Shown: positions 47,328-57,655 of the stretch, one piece after another
Layout of the letters: each line of letters starts with the position of its first letter
Position numbering within the stretch: the first letter of the stretch is position 1
Assembly (NCBI GenBank): GCA_965242525.1
Contig: OZ251459.1
Coordinates: forward strand, 3,520,001-3,584,000
Direction: 5' to 3'
DNA: 64,000 nt
DNA from: an uncultured Candidatus Binatia bacterium
GTDB lineage: Bacteria > Desulfobacterota > Binatia > UBA9968 > JAJDTQ01
Notes under the pieces: model-generated
The model's database searches: none
The model's input: only the letters and a program-made list of their open reading frames with translations
What the model was told of the DNA's origin: nothing
Made by a program: the position numbers and the translations under genes

Positions 47328-48575
47328 ATGTTCCTGCTGCGACCCTGGCTGAGACGCGCCCACGCCCGGAGCGAGAAGCGCTGGGCGAGGGAGGTGGAAC
47401 GGTGCGTCACCGTGGACCACCTCCGTCAGGTGATGGAGAAGCGCGTGCCGCCTATCGTCCGGGAGTACTACCGGGGCGGCGCCGACCAAGAGATCACCCT
47501 GCGGGACAACGTCGAAGCCTTTCGGAGGGAACGTTTCAAGCCCCGGTCCGGGGTCCGGCTTCCGTCGGTGGAGATGCGCACCGAGATCCTCGGACACGAG
47601 ATCGACCTGCCGGTGATCGCCGGACCCATCGGCAGTCCCCGGATGCTCTGGCCCCGGGGCGAGGCGGTCGCGGCCAAGGCGGTGGGCGAGGCCGGGACCA
47701 TCTGCACCCTCTCGACCCTTACCGGAACCGACCTGGAGGAAGTCCGGGCCGCGTCCCGGGGACCGTGCTGGTTCCAGCTCTACCTCCTGGGCGGAGAGGA
47801 GGTAGCGGCCCGGGGCCTCCGGCGGGCCAGGGACGCCGGCTATTCCGCACTCGTGCTCACCATCGACACCCCGGTGCCCGGAAACCGCGCGCACCACGAA
47901 TGGATGGGCGCGTCCCGGGCCATCAACGGCTCCCGGATGGAGAAGCTGCGGTTCGCGCCGCAGATGGCGCGGCGCCTCTCCTGGCTGAAGAGCTATTGCG
48001 CGGACGGCGGGATGATGGAGTTCCGCAACGTCATCCGGGACGACGGCGCGCCCATGCCCTACGCCGACATCGGCGCGCAACTGCGGGCCTCCGCGGTCAC
48101 CTGGGAGCACCTGCCGTGGATACGGGAACTCTGGGGCCGCGAGAGGCCCGTGGTCGTCAAGGGCGTGCAATGCGTCGAGGACGCCCGGCTCGCCGCGGAG
48201 CACGGCGCCGAGGCCATCGTCGTATCCAACCACGGCGGACGGCAGATGGACCGGGTCCATCCGACGCTGCACATGCTGAAGGAGGTCGCGCCCGCGCTCG
48301 CGGGCTCCGGCGTGAAGATCCTCCTGGACGGGGGCGTCCGGTCCGGCGCGGACGTGGCCATCGCGCTGGCCCACGGCGCCGACGCCGTGCTCGCGGGACG
48401 CGCGTACGTCTACGGTCTCGGGGCCGGGGGCGAGGCGGGCGTCCGCAAGGCCTTCGCCATACTGAAGAAGGAGCTGGAGGACACCATGCGGCTCCTGGGC
48501 TGCGCCTCGGTCCACGATCTGCGCGCCGAGACCCATCTCCTGCCCCATCCCTTCGCCGGGACGGACCGGCCGTGA
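47328..48575 (+). CDS. FMN-dependent alpha-hydroxy acid oxidase/dehydrogenase (LldD-like)
   Basis: WFQLY, LTIDTP, VVKG, VSNHGGRQ, DGGVRSGAD. Confidence 0.93.
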   Translation: MFLLRPWLRRAHARSEKRWAREVERCVTVDHLRQVMEKRVPPIVREYYRGGADQEITLRDNVEAFRRERFKPRSGVRLPSVEMRTEILGHEIDLPVIAGPIGSPRMLWPRGEAVAAKAVGEAGTICTLSTLTGTDLEEVRAASRGPCWFQLYLLGGEEVAARGLRRARDAGYSALVLTIDTPVPGNRAHHEWMGASRAINGSRMEKLRFAPQMARRLSWLKSYCADGGMMEFRNVIRDDGAPMPYADIGAQLRASAVTWEHLPWIRELWGRERPVVVKGVQCVEDARLAAEHGAEAIVVSNHGGRQMDRVHPTLHMLKEVAPALAGSGVKILLDGGVRSGADVAIALAHGADAVLAGRAYVYGLGAGGEAGVRKAFAILKKELEDTMRLLGCASVHDLRAETHLLPHPFAGTDRP

Positions 48576-48624
48576 AAGCCGCCCGGCCGGGCCCGCTTCG
48601 AACCCTGCCCCGTGCGCGCCTGCT

Positions 48625-50511
48625 TCACGCGCGCACGGTCTCGCCCGCGGCGTCCCTCATGAGGTCCTCGGGCAGGTCGTCGAAGGACACGTAGTTGAGG
48701 GCGTAGAGCCGCGCATACAGGCCCTTCCGGGCCGTCAGCTCTTCGTGGACGCCGGTCTCGACGATGCGGCCGTCCTGGAGGACCATGATGCGGTCGGCGT
48801 TGCGCACCGTGGCGAGCCGGTGGGCGATGACGATGCCGGTGCGCCCTTCCAGCAGCCGGGCGAGGCCCACCTGGATCTGGCGCTCGGTGTAGGAATCGAT
48901 GTTGGCGGTGGCTTCGTCGAGGACCAGCACCTTGGCGTCCGCCACCAGCGCCCGGGCGAAGCTCAGGAGCTGGCGCTGGCCCAGGGACAGGTTGCCGCCG
49001 CCCTGTTCGAGCACCGTGTGGTAGCCGTCCGGCCAGCGCATGATGAAGTCGTGGGCGCCCACGACCCGCGCCGCCCGCTCCACGTCTTCGTCGGCGGCGC
49101 CGGTGGCGCGGAACCGGATGTTCTCCAGGATCGTGCCGGTGAACAGGAACGGGTCCTGCAGCACCATGGCGATGTGCCGGCCCAGAGCCGCGGTGGAGTA
49201 GTCGCGCACGTCGCGGCCGTCGAGCAGGACGGCGCCCTCCCACACGTCGTAGAAGCGGTGCAACAGCGCGGTGATGCTGGTCTTGCCGGATCCCGTAGGT
49301 CCCACTAGCGCTACCGTCTCCCCCGGCTCGATGGTGAAGCCGACGCGGGTGAGCACCGGTTGGTTCCGCTCGTAACCGAAGGTCACGTCCCGGAACTCGA
49401 TGCGGCCTTCGATGGCCTCGGGCGACAGGGCGCCGGGCCGGTCGTTGACCGACAGGGGCACGTCCAGCACCTCGAAGATGCGCTGGCCGGAAGCCATGGC
49501 GCGCTGCATGATGCTGTACTGCACGGTGATGGAGCGGATGGGGTCGAAGAACCGCTGCACGTAGAAGAGGAAGGCCACCATCACGCCGACGTCGAGGGCG
49601 TCGTCGAGCACCAGCGATCCCCCCACCACGATGACCACCCCGAGGGCGGCGCCGGTCAGCGTATCGACGATGGGCACCAGCACCTGGGCGTACCGGGCGG
49701 ACCGCAGGTGGGCGTCGAGGTTCTCCGCCGCCTTGTCGTCGTAGAGGTCGAAGTTGACCGACTCGCGCCGCATGCCCTGCACGGTGCGGACCGCGTGGAT
49801 GCCTTCGGCCAGTGCGCCGTTGGCGATGGAGTTGGTCTCGCGCGCCCGGCGGAAAGCGACGCGCGCCCGGGGCAGCCACACCATGCGCACCAGGAACAGG
49901 ACCGGCACCACCGACAGGGTCAGCAGACCGAGCTGGAAGTCGAGCCACAACATGATGACGACGATGCCGAACAGCAGCACGAGATCGCCGAAGGCCGAGA
50001 TCGAGTTCTCCAGGAACTCCTGCAGCGAGTACACGTCGCCCTGCAGGCGCGACATCATGCGGCCGACTTCCGTCTTGTCCATGAAGGCCAGGGCCACGTA
50101 TTGCAGGTGGGCGAACATGGCTCGGCGCAGGTCGAATATGACCTGCTCGCCGGTGCGGCCCACCAGCCACTCCTGCAGGAAGTTGGCTCCGTAGTTCACC
50201 AGGACCACCGCGGCGAAGACCGCCGCGGTGAACGCCAACAGGCCCGGGTCGCCGCCCCGGGGAACGATGGCGTGGTCGATGGCGTGGCGGATGACGAGAG
50301 GGATGGCGAGCTGGGCGCCGGTGAAGACCAGGAGGGCGCCGATGCCGAGGGAGAGCCGCCGCCGGTAGGGCTGGACGTAGGCGAAGAAGCGCCGGACCAC
50401 GCGGCGGTCGAAGGCGGCGCCGAACATCTCCTCGTCACGGTTGACCTGGGAGCCCACCACCGCCCGCGGCGGACGGGCGCCCCTGCCGTTGGCGGGAGGC
50501 GGCCCCGTCAT
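48625..50511 (-). CDS. ABC exporter, fused permease/ATPase
   Basis: TM domain; GPTGSGKT, LSLGQRQ, LDEATAN. Confidence 0.95.
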   Translation of the reverse strand: MTGPPPANGRGARPPRAVVGSQVNRDEEMFGAAFDRRVVRRFFAYVQPYRRRLSLGIGALLVFTGAQLAIPLVIRHAIDHAIVPRGGDPGLLAFTAAVFAAVVLVNYGANFLQEWLVGRTGEQVIFDLRRAMFAHLQYVALAFMDKTEVGRMMSRLQGDVYSLQEFLENSISAFGDLVLLFGIVVIMLWLDFQLGLLTLSVVPVLFLVRMVWLPRARVAFRRARETNSIANGALAEGIHAVRTVQGMRRESVNFDLYDDKAAENLDAHLRSARYAQVLVPIVDTLTGAALGVVIVVGGSLVLDDALDVGVMVAFLFYVQRFFDPIRSITVQYSIMQRAMASGQRIFEVLDVPLSVNDRPGALSPEAIEGRIEFRDVTFGYERNQPVLTRVGFTIEPGETVALVGPTGSGKTSITALLHRFYDVWEGAVLLDGRDVRDYSTAALGRHIAMVLQDPFLFTGTILENIRFRATGAADEDVERAARVVGAHDFIMRWPDGYHTVLEQGGGNLSLGQRQLLSFARALVADAKVLVLDEATANIDSYTERQIQVGLARLLEGRTGIVIAHRLATVRNADRIMVLQDGRIVETGVHEELTARKGLYARLYALNYVSFDDLPEDLMRDAAGETVRA

Positions 50512-52436
50512 GCCCGCGCCCCCTCCGCGGCTTCCCCCGCGGCCTCCACTTGGCCGTCCAGGGTCTGGAGGGCGAACAGCGCGGCGTACTTCCCGTCCAT
50601 GGCCACCAGCGCGTCATGGGCGCCCCGCTCCACCACGCGCCCGTCTTCGAGGAAGAGGATCTCGTCGGCGTGGCGCAGCGCCCCGAGGCGGTGGGACGAG
50701 ATGATGGTGGCGCAGTCGTCCGTGCGCTCCCTGAGGGCTTCGCGGATGCGCTGCTCGGTGCCGGCGTCGATGGCGGCCATGGAGTCGTCGAGCACCAGGA
50801 CCGCCGGCTCCAGCATGGCGGTGCGCGCGATGGCCACCCGCTGCTTCTGCCCGCCCGACAGGGACACGCCCCGTTCGCCCACCAGCGTCTCGTAACCGTC
50901 CGGCAGCCGGTGGATGAAACCGTCGATGTGCGCGGTGGCCGCGGAGCCGCGAATGGCCTCGTCCGGGGCCCAGGGGTCGCCGTAGGCGATGTTGTTCTCC
51001 AGGGAGGAGGTGAACAGGAACGGGTCCTGTTGCACCACGCGCACCGCCCGGCGCAGGGAATCCAGGGTCACGTCGCGGACGTCCTGGCCGTCCACCGTGA
51101 TCCGTCCGCCGGTGACGTCGTAATAGCGCGGGACCAGGTGCGCGATGGTGGATTTGCCGCTGCCGGGCGGACCCACGATGCCGAGGGTCTTGCCCCGCTC
51201 CACCCGGAAGGACACTCCGCGCAGGACCGGGGACGCCTCCCCGCCGGGATAGGCGAAGGACACGTCCTCGAACTCCAGGACTCCATCGGTGACCTCCATG
51301 GCCCGGGCCCCCTCCCGGTCGCGTATGACGGGCTCCAGGTCGAGCACGGCGAACAGGCGCGAGCCGCAGGTGGAGGCCCGGGCGAAGGAGTTGACCACCA
51401 TGCCGAGCTGGCGCACGGGCTGCTGGAGGATGGTCATGAAGGCGAGGAACTCGGTGAGCGCGCCCACGGTCATCTGCCCGTTGATCACGCGCGTCCCGCC
51501 GGCCCACAGCACCAGGCCCATGGCCGAGAAGAACGCCAGGTTCATGGCCGCGGACGCGGAGACCCGGGTGCGGATGCGCCGCGCAGCCAGGGCAAGGGCC
51601 TGGTCCGACGCGGCCCCGTACTTGTCGAGCTCGTGGGGTTCCGCGCCGAAAGCGCGGACCACGCGGATGCCGGTGAGGTTCTCGTCCATGATGCGGCCGA
51701 GCACGGCCATCCTCTCCTGCAGCGCGAACCACATCTCGCGCAGCCGGAGCCGCACGGTGGTGGAGCGCCAGGCCACGAACGGCACGAAGCTGAGACCCAG
51801 GGACCCCAGGAACCAGTCGGTCGAAAGCAGCAGCCAGGCTCCGGCCCCGACCAGGACCGCCAACAGCAGGACTCGCAAGGGACCGGTGTTCATGAAGGCC
51901 CGGACTCCTTCGAGGTCGAGCATCCCGCGGGTGATGAGCTCGCCCGTGTGGACACGGTCATGGAAGGAGAAGTTCAGGTGCTGGAGCTTGTCGTAGAAGT
52001 CGAGCCGGAGCCGGTAGGCAAGGTGGTGGCCGAGGGTCTCGCCGCAGTAGTTGTGGACCAGGGTGAACAGGCCGCGCAGGACCGAAGCCCCGAGCAGCAT
52101 CATGAACGTGTGGGAGAGGACCTCGCGCGCCTCCTCCGCGGACACGGACGCGCTGCCCAGCAGCCCCACCGCGCCGTCCACCGCGTCGCCCAGGTATTGG
52201 GGGATCAGGAGCTGGAACATGGCCGCGGCCAGGACCGCGGACACCGCGAGCGCCAAGCGTATGCGCTGCCTTGCCGCGAGCCGGAAGATGCGCCACCAGA
52301 CCGCGGCGTCGTCCCCGGCATGACGGTCGTCGTCGATGGCCATGCCGGCGTAGGTGCGCGCGTAAGCCGACCCGGGTCGCCGGAAATGCCGCCCGTCGTC
52401 AGGGGGCGGGTCCCTCGGGGTGTGGTTGGCGGCCAT
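50508..52436 (-). CDS. ABC exporter, fused permease/ATPase (likely heterodimer partner)
   Basis: GPPGSGKS, LSGGQKQR, degenerate LDDS; start may be downstream. Confidence 0.93.
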   Translation of the reverse strand: MAANHTPRDPPPDDGRHFRRPGSAYARTYAGMAIDDDRHAGDDAAVWWRIFRLAARQRIRLALAVSAVLAAAMFQLLIPQYLGDAVDGAVGLLGSASVSAEEAREVLSHTFMMLLGASVLRGLFTLVHNYCGETLGHHLAYRLRLDFYDKLQHLNFSFHDRVHTGELITRGMLDLEGVRAFMNTGPLRVLLLAVLVGAGAWLLLSTDWFLGSLGLSFVPFVAWRSTTVRLRLREMWFALQERMAVLGRIMDENLTGIRVVRAFGAEPHELDKYGAASDQALALAARRIRTRVSASAAMNLAFFSAMGLVLWAGGTRVINGQMTVGALTEFLAFMTILQQPVRQLGMVVNSFARASTCGSRLFAVLDLEPVIRDREGARAMEVTDGVLEFEDVSFAYPGGEASPVLRGVSFRVERGKTLGIVGPPGSGKSTIAHLVPRYYDVTGGRITVDGQDVRDVTLDSLRRAVRVVQQDPFLFTSSLENNIAYGDPWAPDEAIRGSAATAHIDGFIHRLPDGYETLVGERGVSLSGGQKQRVAIARTAMLEPAVLVLDDSMAAIDAGTEQRIREALRERTDDCATIISSHRLGALRHADEILFLEDGRVVERGAHDALVAMDGKYAALFALQTLDGQVEAAGEAAEGARA

Positions 52437-52519
52437 CTATCGAGGTTGCGGGCGCCGAGACCCCGGGGGAACCGTGGAGCGGAGCATGCCGCGGGCGCGC
52501 CGCTCCCGGCCGGGGCGCT

Positions 52520-52978
52520 TCATCGGGTTTGCTGCCCCTGGCGTATCAGCTCCTGGATGCCGCGTCCGACGTCCCTCAGTATCTCGCCTTGCTGGTCGAG
52601 AGCCTGTTGCCGCTGGTCGAGTTGCTGGCTGAGCGCCTCCCGCTGCCGGTCGAGTTGCCGGTCGAGGGCCTCCCGCTGCCGGTCGAGTTGCCGGTCGAGG
52701 GCTTCCCGCTGCTGGTCGAGGGCCTGGCGTTGCAGCTCGAACTGCTGGTTGAGGGTTTCCTGCTGCTGGTCGAGCTTCCGGCTGTTCTGGTTGAGCACTT
52801 CCTGCTGCTGGTCGAGTTGTCGGCGGTGCTGTTCGATTTGCTGCCGACGCTCTTCCGAGGTCCTGTCCATCCGCCGCATTCCCATATAGATCAACAGGCA
52901 CTGCGTGAATCCCACGGTGCAGATGGCGATGGGCGTAATGAGCTCGCCAAGGGTAACGACGGGAACGATCTCGATCAT
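52520..52978 (-). CDS. Membrane-anchored coiled-coil protein with 7/11-residue repeats
   Basis: AGGAGGAG RBS; N-terminal hydrophobic helix; 33-bp perfect tandem units at 52635-52700. Confidence 0.7.
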   Translation of the reverse strand: MIEIVPVVTLGELITPIAICTVGFTQCLLIYMGMRRMDRTSEERRQQIEQHRRQLDQQQEVLNQNSRKLDQQQETLNQQFELQRQALDQQREALDRQLDRQREALDRQLDRQREALSQQLDQRQQALDQQGEILRDVGRGIQELIRQGQQTR

Positions 52979-53234
52979 GGGGTGTTCCTCCTCCTGCAAG
53001 GATGGTGTTTATCCTTGTATTCGGCAGGTTCCGGGGATTCTATTGCTTGTCCGTCGTTGGGTCAAGCTGCCGTCAACCGGCTTGACCCGGGTATTCGTCA
53101 GGGTTTTTCGGGTGTTGGAGATGCTTGGACCCCATCCGGTTCCGACGGAAGTCCGGTGTGGGGAACCCGCGGCGGCGCCGGGCGCCCCGCACCGTCCGCG
53201 GCCCTCCGCGGCCGGAGGCGATTGGGGGGCGGCG

Positions 53235-54044
53235 CTACGCGATCCTGTCCACCAGCATCAGGACCACCGCGAGGACGATCACTGCGATGACGATCGCCTG
53301 CAACCGTCCCGGGGGGATCCTCTTGCACAGGACCGCGCCGTAGTGGACACCGGCCAGGGATCCCAGCGACATGAAGGCCGCGATCTCCAGGTCCACGTCG
53401 CTCGCGCCCTGTCCCCGGCCCACGAACGCATACAGGAAGGACATCACCGTCATCAGGAGGACCGCCACGAAGATGGAAGTCCCCACGTACCGGGAGGTCT
53501 CCCGGTAGAAGATCAGCAGCGCGGGGATGATCAGCACCCCGCCGCCGATGGACGTCATCCCCATGACGGCGCCCACCAGGAAGAGACAGGAGCGCCTTGC
53601 CAGGGCCCCGCCCCTCGACCGGAAGAGCCGGTCGAACCGACGGTAGTCGAAGAGCAGCAGCGCCGCCAGCGACAGGCAGATGGAGGCCATGACGAGGTAA
53701 CTGACCGCCTCCTGCAGCGTCTCCACCCCGCTCGGGGAAAGCGACATCTTGCTCCATTTGACGGCCAGGGAGCCCAGCACCACTCCCGGCGCCGCGGCCA
53801 GGAAGAACCGGAGCCCGACTTCCGCGTTCAGGGTGCCCTGCCGGTAGTGCTCGACCGCTGCCCAGACCTTGGTCAGGACGCCGTAGAGTCCGGCGGTGCC
53901 CACGGCCGTGATGGGCTCGAGCTTCATGACCAGGAGCAGGAGGGGGACGGTGAGCACCCCGCCGCCGATGCCGGTAAGGCCGATGAGGAAGCCCAGCACC
54001 GCGCCGGACAGGACGAAGAGGATTATGTCGGGCAGGGGCGTCAG
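53235..54044 (-). CDS. TauE/SafE family sulfite exporter
   Basis: GLTGIGGG..VP, AVGT, MTSIGGG, VGTS; start uncertain (CTG overlapping radA stop). Confidence 0.85.
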   Translation of the reverse strand: MTPLPDIILFVLSGAVLGFLIGLTGIGGGVLTVPLLLLVMKLEPITAVGTAGLYGVLTKVWAAVEHYRQGTLNAEVGLRFFLAAAPGVVLGSLAVKWSKMSLSPSGVETLQEAVSYLVMASICLSLAALLLFDYRRFDRLFRSRGGALARRSCLFLVGAVMGMTSIGGGVLIIPALLIFYRETSRYVGTSIFVAVLLMTVMSFLYAFVGRGQGASDVDLEIAAFMSLGSLAGVHYGAVLCKRIPPGRLQAIVIAVIVLAVVLMLVDRIA

Positions 54045-55402
54045 AACAGGATCTCCCAACAATCTTCCAGCGAGCGGACCCCCACCAGCTCGGGACCCCG
54101 CACCTCCGGTAGCTGCCGGCGGTTGCCCTCGGGCAGTATGCACTTGCGGAACCCGAGCTTGCCCGCCTCGGCCACCCGCGCCTCGGCCCGGGTCACGGTG
54201 CGGATCTCCCCCGCGAGACCCACCTCGCCCACGAAGATCGTGTAGGGGTCCACCGCCCGGTCCATGGAGCTGGAGGCGACTCCCACCGCCACCCCCAGGT
54301 CCGCGGCGGGCTCCGACACGCTCACGCCTCCGGCCACGTTGATGAACACGTCCTTGTCGAAGAAGCTCATCCCCTTGCGCTTTTCCAGGATGGCCAAGAT
54401 CAGGGCCACGCGGTTGGCGTCCACGCCGATGCAGGTGCGCCGGGGCAGGTTGAGGAAAGAGCGGGTCACCAACGACTGGACCTCCACCAGGATCGGGCGC
54501 GTCCCCTCCATGCTGGGGACCACCACCGAACCCGACCCTCCCAGGGGCCGCTCGGAAAGGAAGATCTGCGACGGGTTGGGCACCTCCCGGAGGCCGGCTT
54601 CCTGCATCTCGAACACGCCGATCTCGTTGGTGGAGCCGAAACGGTTCTTGACCGCCCGCAGGATGCGGAAGCTGTGGCCGCGCTCGCCTTCGAAGTAGAG
54701 CACCGTATCCACCATGTGCTCGAGCACTCGCGGCCCGGCGATGGCGCCGTCCTTGGTCACGTGCCCCACCAGGAAGACGCCGACGCCGCTCTTCTTGGCC
54801 AGGGAGATGAGCGCCCCCGAGCACTCCCGCACCTGGCCGATGCTGCCGGGCGCGGAAGGGACGGCGGAGGTGTGGACGGTCTGGATGGAGTCCACCACCA
54901 GCACCCCGGGCCGGACCGCCTTGACCTGCTCCAGTATGCGTTCCAGCGAGGTCTCGCTCAGCACCAGCAGGCTCGAAGACGCCGCCGAGATCCTCCGGCC
55001 GCGCATCTTGACCTGCTGCTCCGACTCCTCGCCCGAGACGTAGAGGCAGGCGGGGCCGTCATGGCTCAGGGACGCCGCGGCCTGGAGCAGCAGCGTCGAT
55101 TTGCCGATGCCCGGGTCGCCGCCGATGAGCACCGCGGAACCGTCCACCAGGCCGCCCCCCAGGACCCGGTCGAACTCCTCGATGCCCGAACGCACGCGGC
55201 TGTCCGTGTCCGCGGTGGCCTCGTGGATGGGCGAAGGCGAGCGCCCGGGGCCGGAGTCCTCGCTCCCCCGCGCATGGGGCCGGGCCGTCACGGCCTCCTC
55301 GGCGAGGGAGTCCCACCGGCCGCAGTCCGGGCAGCGTCCCAGCCATTTGGGAGACTGGAAACCGCAGTTCTGACACTCGTAAACGACTCGGGCTCGCGCC
55401 AT
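54041..55402 (-). CDS. radA: DNA repair protein RadA
   Basis: C4 zinc finger, GDPGIGKST, KNRFG. Confidence 0.97.
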   Translation of the reverse strand: MARARVVYECQNCGFQSPKWLGRCPDCGRWDSLAEEAVTARPHARGSEDSGPGRSPSPIHEATADTDSRVRSGIEEFDRVLGGGLVDGSAVLIGGDPGIGKSTLLLQAAASLSHDGPACLYVSGEESEQQVKMRGRRISAASSSLLVLSETSLERILEQVKAVRPGVLVVDSIQTVHTSAVPSAPGSIGQVRECSGALISLAKKSGVGVFLVGHVTKDGAIAGPRVLEHMVDTVLYFEGERGHSFRILRAVKNRFGSTNEIGVFEMQEAGLREVPNPSQIFLSERPLGGSGSVVVPSMEGTRPILVEVQSLVTRSFLNLPRRTCIGVDANRVALILAILEKRKGMSFFDKDVFINVAGGVSVSEPAADLGVAVGVASSSMDRAVDPYTIFVGEVGLAGEIRTVTRAEARVAEAGKLGFRKCILPEGNRRQLPEVRGPELVGVRSLEDCWEILF

Positions 55403-55499
55403 GGGCCACTCCCCACCCCGGTCCATCATAGGGCGAGCCGCGGCGAAATGCCATTTGTCAAACCGGGGACCAGCAATTAAGTATGTGGGGACCGGCGTC

Positions 55500-56621
55500 A
55501 TGGCCTCCTACCTGCACATCGACATGGACTCGTTCTACGTGTCCGTGGAACGGGTCCTGGACCCGTCCCTGGAGGGCAAGCCCGTGATGGTGGGGGGCGA
55601 CGGGCGCGGCGTGGTGACCTCCGCCTCCTACGAGGCGCGGCAATACGGGGTCCGGTCCGCCATGCCGGGCTTCCGGGCGCGCCGGCTCTGCCCCCACGGC
55701 GTCTTCGTCCCCGCCCGGCGGGGAGTTTACGTGGACTTTTCCGGGAAGGTGTTCGAGTTGCTCCGCTCCTTCTCGCCGGACGTGCGGGCTTTCTCCATCG
55801 ACGAAGGGCTGGTCAACCTCACCGGCACGGACCGGCTCATGGGGCATCCCATGCGCACGGCCCACGACATCATCGGACGCATCCAAGGCGACCTGGGGCT
55901 GCCGTCGTCCGGGGGGCTCGCCGCCAACCCGACCCTGGCCAAGATCGCCGCCACACTGGCCAAGCCCCGGGGCCTGCTCTACGTTCCCCCCGGGTCCGAA
56001 GAGCGTTTCCTCGCCCCGCTGGACGTGGCGGTGGTCCCCGGCATCGGCCCCAAGACGCGCCGCGAGCTCGCGGACCGCGGCATCGCCACGGTCTCCCAGC
56101 TCCTCGCCCACCCCCGGCTCCGCCGCCGTTACCTGGACCTGGACCGTCCCGCGGAGGAGGGTGCCCGCGCCCGCGAACATTCGGTGGGGAGCGAGACCAC
56201 CCTCGCGGAACCGCTCACGGACCGGGCCGAGATGGAGCGGGTGCTGGGAGGGCTGGTGGAAGACGTGGCCAGGAGGCTGCGCCGCCAGGAGGGCCGGGCC
56301 CGGCGCATCACCGTCAAGATCCGCTACTCGGACTTCAAGACCATCACGCGCTCGCGCACCCTCGAAGCGCCCACGTGCTTCGACATGGAGATCTTCAAGG
56401 TGGCGCGGGAACTGGCCGCGGGCAACCGCGCCCCCGGCAAGCCGGTGCGCCTGCTGGGGGTGGCCGCGAGCCGCATCACCGCCGCGGGCTGGCAGGAGTC
56501 CATGTTCGACTACGGCGAGCGGGCGTCCATGGACAGGCTCTACCGGGGCATCGACCGGCTGGGCCGCAAGTACGGCCAGGGCACGGTCACGCTGGGGGCC
56601 GGAAAGGACCGCGAGGATTGA
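55500..56621 (+). CDS. dinB: DNA polymerase IV
   Basis: HIDMDSFY, SYEAR.YGV.SAM, SIDE, AKIA..KP.G. Confidence 0.93.
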   Translation: MASYLHIDMDSFYVSVERVLDPSLEGKPVMVGGDGRGVVTSASYEARQYGVRSAMPGFRARRLCPHGVFVPARRGVYVDFSGKVFELLRSFSPDVRAFSIDEGLVNLTGTDRLMGHPMRTAHDIIGRIQGDLGLPSSGGLAANPTLAKIAATLAKPRGLLYVPPGSEERFLAPLDVAVVPGIGPKTRRELADRGIATVSQLLAHPRLRRRYLDLDRPAEEGARAREHSVGSETTLAEPLTDRAEMERVLGGLVEDVARRLRRQEGRARRITVKIRYSDFKTITRSRTLEAPTCFDMEIFKVARELAAGNRAPGKPVRLLGVAASRITAAGWQESMFDYGERASMDRLYRGIDRLGRKYGQGTVTLGAGKDRED

Positions 56622-57655
56622 ACGGCCAACCGCTCCAACCCTTCCTTGCCGCCTGCCGCCGCGTCAGGACCCCCTACACCCCGGTCTGGCTCATGCGGCA
56701 GGCGGGGCGCTACATGGACCATTACCGCAACCTGCGGGCCAGGGTCGGCTTCCTGGAACTGTGCAAGACCCCGGACTTGGTGGCGGAGGTGACGGTCACC
56801 CCGGTAGAGCGACTCCAAGTGGACGCCGCCATCCTGTTCGCCGACATCCTGCTCCTGCTGGAGCCCATGGGCGTGGGTCTCGAATACGGCAACGCCGGGC
56901 CGGTGATCCAACGGCCGCTGAGGACGGCCCGGGACATCGACCGGCTGCGCGACCCGGCGCCGGGAGAGTCCCTCTCCTACGTGTATGATGCGGTCCGCGC
57001 CACGCGCGCGGCCCTGGGCGGGCGGACGCCCCTGATCGGGTTCTGCGGCGCCCCCTTCACGCTGGCGTCGTACCTGGTCGAAGGCGGGTCCTCGCGCAAC
57101 TACGTCCACACCAAGCGGCTCTTCCACACCGACGCCGGCGCCTGGCGCGCGCTCATGGACCGGCTCGTGGCCGCCACCGTGTCCTACGTCAACTCCCAGA
57201 TCGAAGCCGGCATCGAGGCGCTCCAGGTGTTCGACAGTTGGGTGGGCTGCCTTGCCCCCGAGGACTACCGGGAACACGTGCTGCCGCACATGCGCCGGCT
57301 GATGGCGGGGGTGGCCCCCGGGGTCCCGGTCATCCACTTCGGCACCGGCGCCTGCGGCCTCCTGGAGCTCATGCGGCAGGCGGGCGGCGACGTGCTCGGG
57401 GTGGACTGGCGCGTGGACCTGGACCGGGCATGGAGCCGCGTGGGCCACGACGTGGCCATCCAGGGCAACCTGGACCCCGTGGCCCTGCTGGCGCCGCCCG
57501 CGGAGATCCGCAAACGGGTCCGGGACATCCTGCGGCGGGCCCAGGGCCGCCCGGGCCACATCTTCAACCTCGGCCACGGCGTCCTTCCGGAAACCCCGGT
57601 GGACCATGTGAAGGCCATGGTGGACGCGGTCCATGAGATCAGTTCGTCCCGATGA
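56618..57655 (+). CDS. hemE: Uroporphyrinogen decarboxylase
   Basis: PVWLMRQAGRY, GAPFTLASY, QGNLDP, FNLGHG; TTG start overlapping dinB stop. Confidence 0.96.
   Translation: MNGQPLQPFLAACRRVRTPYTPVWLMRQAGRYMDHYRNLRARVGFLELCKTPDLVAEVTVTPVERLQVDAAILFADILLLLEPMGVGLEYGNAGPVIQRPLRTARDIDRLRDPAPGESLSYVYDAVRATRAALGGRTPLIGFCGAPFTLASYLVEGGSSRNYVHTKRLFHTDAGAWRALMDRLVAATVSYVNSQIEAGIEALQVFDSWVGCLAPEDYREHVLPHMRRLMAGVAPGVPVIHFGTGACGLLELMRQAGGDVLGVDWRVDLDRAWSRVGHDVAIQGNLDPVALLAPPAEIRKRVRDILRRAQGRPGHIFNLGHGVLPETPVDHVKAMVDAVHEISSSR

Noticed and set aside
45372-48548. 1058-aa minus-strand ORF and similar long antisense ORFs (e.g. 26500-28935, 18904-21513 extension)
   Set aside because: Shadow frames of real genes in high-GC DNA; no recognisable motifs
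55403-55499. LexA box between divergent radA and dinB
   Set aside because: No recognisable SOS-box palindrome
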